Of a stretch of DNA of 64,000 nucleotides, positions 61,954 through 64,000 are shown one piece after another (position 1 is the stretch's first letter; each line of letters opens with the position of its first letter). A model generated the notes under the pieces. That model made no database searches and was not told the DNA's origin. It was given only the letters and a program-made list of their open reading frames with translations. The DNA is taken from NCBI GenBank assembly GCA_965219415.1, contig OZ244742.1:32001-96000 (forward strand), written 5' to 3'. The translations under genes were made by a program, and so were the position numbers. Source of the stretch: Candidatus Marinacidobacterales bacterium. Its GTDB lineage: Bacteria > Acidobacteriota > Vicinamibacteria > Marinacidobacterales > DATDRI01.

Positions 61954-63320
61954 GGATCCGTCCCGCTTCCGTGGAAATAAGAATGGCGTAACCTCCGGTT
62001 AAGCAAAACGAAACCGCGCCTGGAAAGGCGAGGAGGAGGATTACGCCATGAAGAAGCCTTACCACCATATTGAAGGAGTCTGTAAGCGAGTACCGGGAGT
62101 TCGTCCAACTTCGGCTGCGTATGCGGGTACTGGAGGCGATCGAGGTTGTGCTCGAGGAAGAAGTCGACCAAGCGCTGGGGTGTTGTAGCTACGAGCGTGC
62201 GGAAGACCGCCGTGGATATCGCAACGGAGCCGAAACCCGTCGCGTGACGACGTCGGTGGGAACTCGCGAGCTCCGGGTGCCACGAGCCCGCGTGCGAGAC
62301 GAGGAAACGGGAGAAACGACAGAGTTCAGGAGCGAGCTGTTGCCCCGGTACGCGCGCCGGACTCGTGAGGTCGACGAGGCGCTCTTGGGGACGTACTTGT
62401 CGGGCGCGAATAGCCGCCGGGTCCGCAAAGCGCTGAAACCACTGCTCGGTGAGGAGCACCTATCGAAGAGCGCGGTGTCTCGCGTGGTTAGCCGGCTGAA
62501 GGAGCGCTTCGAGGAATGGCAGAACCGTGCTCTCAGCGAGGAGGTCTACGCGATCGTTTACCTGGACGGCTTCCACCTGAAAGTGCGGATGGCGAAACGT
62601 GTGATCAGCGTACCCGTACGGGTCGCGCTCAGGGTCGCGCCAGACGGGCACAAACGTCTGTTGTCATTGCGTCTGGCGGTGAGCGAAGCCTCGACGCATC
62701 GGGGCTCCGTGCTGGAGGGACTCCAGGCTCGAGGACTCCGGGCTCCCAAGCTAGTGATCAGCGACGGCCACAAGGGGCTGACGAAAGCGCTGGAGAAGTG
62801 GCCGGGGTGCCGGTTGCAGCGATGTACCGAGCACAAGCGCGCCAACTTGCTCCAACATTGCCCGGCGCACGCACGCCGTGAGCTCCGGCGTGACTACAAC
62901 CGGATCGTCTACGCCAAGAACGGGATCGATGCTCGCAAAGCCTATGACGAGCTCGTCGCCAAGTGGACGCCTCTCGCGCCGGCCGTCGTCCGAAGCCTAG
63001 AGGAGGCCGGTAATCAGCTGCTGACCTTCTACGAATTCCCTCGTGCCATGTGGAAATCGATTCGAACGACCAAAGCTCTGGAGAATCTCAACCGCGAGTT
63101 TCGACGCCGGACGAAAACCCAAGCGTCGTTCTCCAGCGAGGAGTCTGCGGTCGCTTTGCTGTTTGGGCTTATCGCCTCTGGCCAGATTCAACTACGACGC
63201 ATCGACGGCTACCAACGTCTGAGCGAGGTTCTCGAACACGCAAAGGTCACCGCCTGATATGATACTCTGATGACGGAGTGGAGGGCACCGTTCTTTTTCC
63301 ACGGACCTCGGGACACATCC
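61954..63320 (+). mobile_element. IS256-family element B, full length
   Basis: TIRs GGATCCGTCCCGCTTCCGTGGAAATAAGAATGG / rc GGATGTGTCCCGAGGTCCGTGGAAAAAGAACGG; no TSD seen. Confidence 0.92.
62048..63257 (+). CDS. IS256-family transposase (extra T near start relative to copy at 1796)
   Basis: GYRNG, YLDG, ISDG, QRCTEH, LENLNREFRRR. Confidence 0.9.
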
Positions 63321-64000
63321 CGAAAACGACCCCGCTGATCCGTTCGCCAACGCCGGGCTCGCGCTCGGCTACGCCATTCTCGGCCATGGCCCTGGAGAAA
63401 ACCCGCAAGAGGCCTTCGCACGAGCCAAGGCCGCCGCCGTCAGGGCGTTGGAACTGGATGACACGTTGGCCGAAGCTCACCTTGCTCTTGGTGACGTCAA
63501 GCTCTACTACGAATGGGATTGGCCGGGCGCGGAACGGGACTTGCGGCGTGCTCTGGAGCTCAACCCAAGCTTAGCCGAAGCTCACTACCACAACGCCTGG
63601 TATCTCGACTTGATGGGACGCCGGGACGAAGCCATTTCGGAGTTGAAGAGCGCCCAGGAACGGGATCCGCTTTCGCCACTCTTCCCAGCGTGGCTCGGGG
63701 CGTACTGTATGACGCAAGGGCAATACGATGAGGCGCTCGAGGAAGCCCGCAAATCTCTCGACCTCCATCCGAACTTTCCCGTTGGTCATCACTCCTTGGG
63801 AATGGTGTATGCACGAATGGAGATGTACAAGGAGGCGATCGCCGCGCATCAAAGGGCGGCGGCAATAGCCCCTCCTTTTAGAGGCTCCCTTGGCATTACC
63901 TACGCAGTGGCAGGCATGCCGGATGAGGCGCGGGAGGTCGTGGCAGCGATCGAAGCGGACGGTAACCCGGCGGACGCTTTGTCTCTAGCCCGTGTCTATG
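63321..64000 (+). pseudogene. TPR-repeat C-terminal region (TolB-like/kinase-TPR type), 5' end replaced by IS, runs off window
   Basis: Manual translation AKAAAVRALELDDTLAEAHLALGDVKLYYEWDWPGAERDLRRALELNPSLAEAH. Confidence 0.8.

Noticed and set aside
1548-63320. Composite transposon formed by the two IS256-B copies
   Set aside because: The left copy is a 345-bp stub, flanks share no target duplication, and the enclosed DNA is core chromosome.
1-64000. CRISPR array, cas genes, rRNA
   Set aside because: No regularly spaced repeats, cas motifs or rRNA-like sequence seen by eye.

Overview
GC-rich bacterial chromosome segment; gene content suggests Acidobacteriota (Vicinamibacteria-like), which is an inference. 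The core block (~21.7-58.6 kb) is almost free of frameshifts: parB-parA, DUF151, miaB, recN, tolQR/tolA-like/tolB-pal-cpoB-ssb, accA-lptC/A-lptB-rpoN-hpf-hprK-rapZ-EIIA-HPr-ptsI, guaA-dnaE and a large HAMP histidine kinase. It is flanked by broken accessory regions containing an ISL3 remnant, two IS256-family elements in two copies each, tRNA-Asn with att-like remnants, and many gene fragments. Most notable: (1) two divergent DUF222-like/HNH endonuclease genes share a ~220-nt non-coding leader with conserved end motifs at identical 171-nt spacing, a candidate ncRNA-associated mobile nuclease element; (2) two unannotated selenoproteins (OsmC-like; secreted AhpC/TSA-like UxxC), each with a SECIS-like hairpin; (3) an FHA-GAF-HisK / TPR-TM-STAND ATPase / STAND ATPase-Ser/Thr kinase / FadL-like operon; (4) a parS-like palindrome inside parB; (5) a tRNA-Asn with a tRNA-Gln-type D arm. 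Many frameshifts and abrupt junctions may be assembly or sequencing artefacts. All family calls come from motif recognition by eye, not from database searches.
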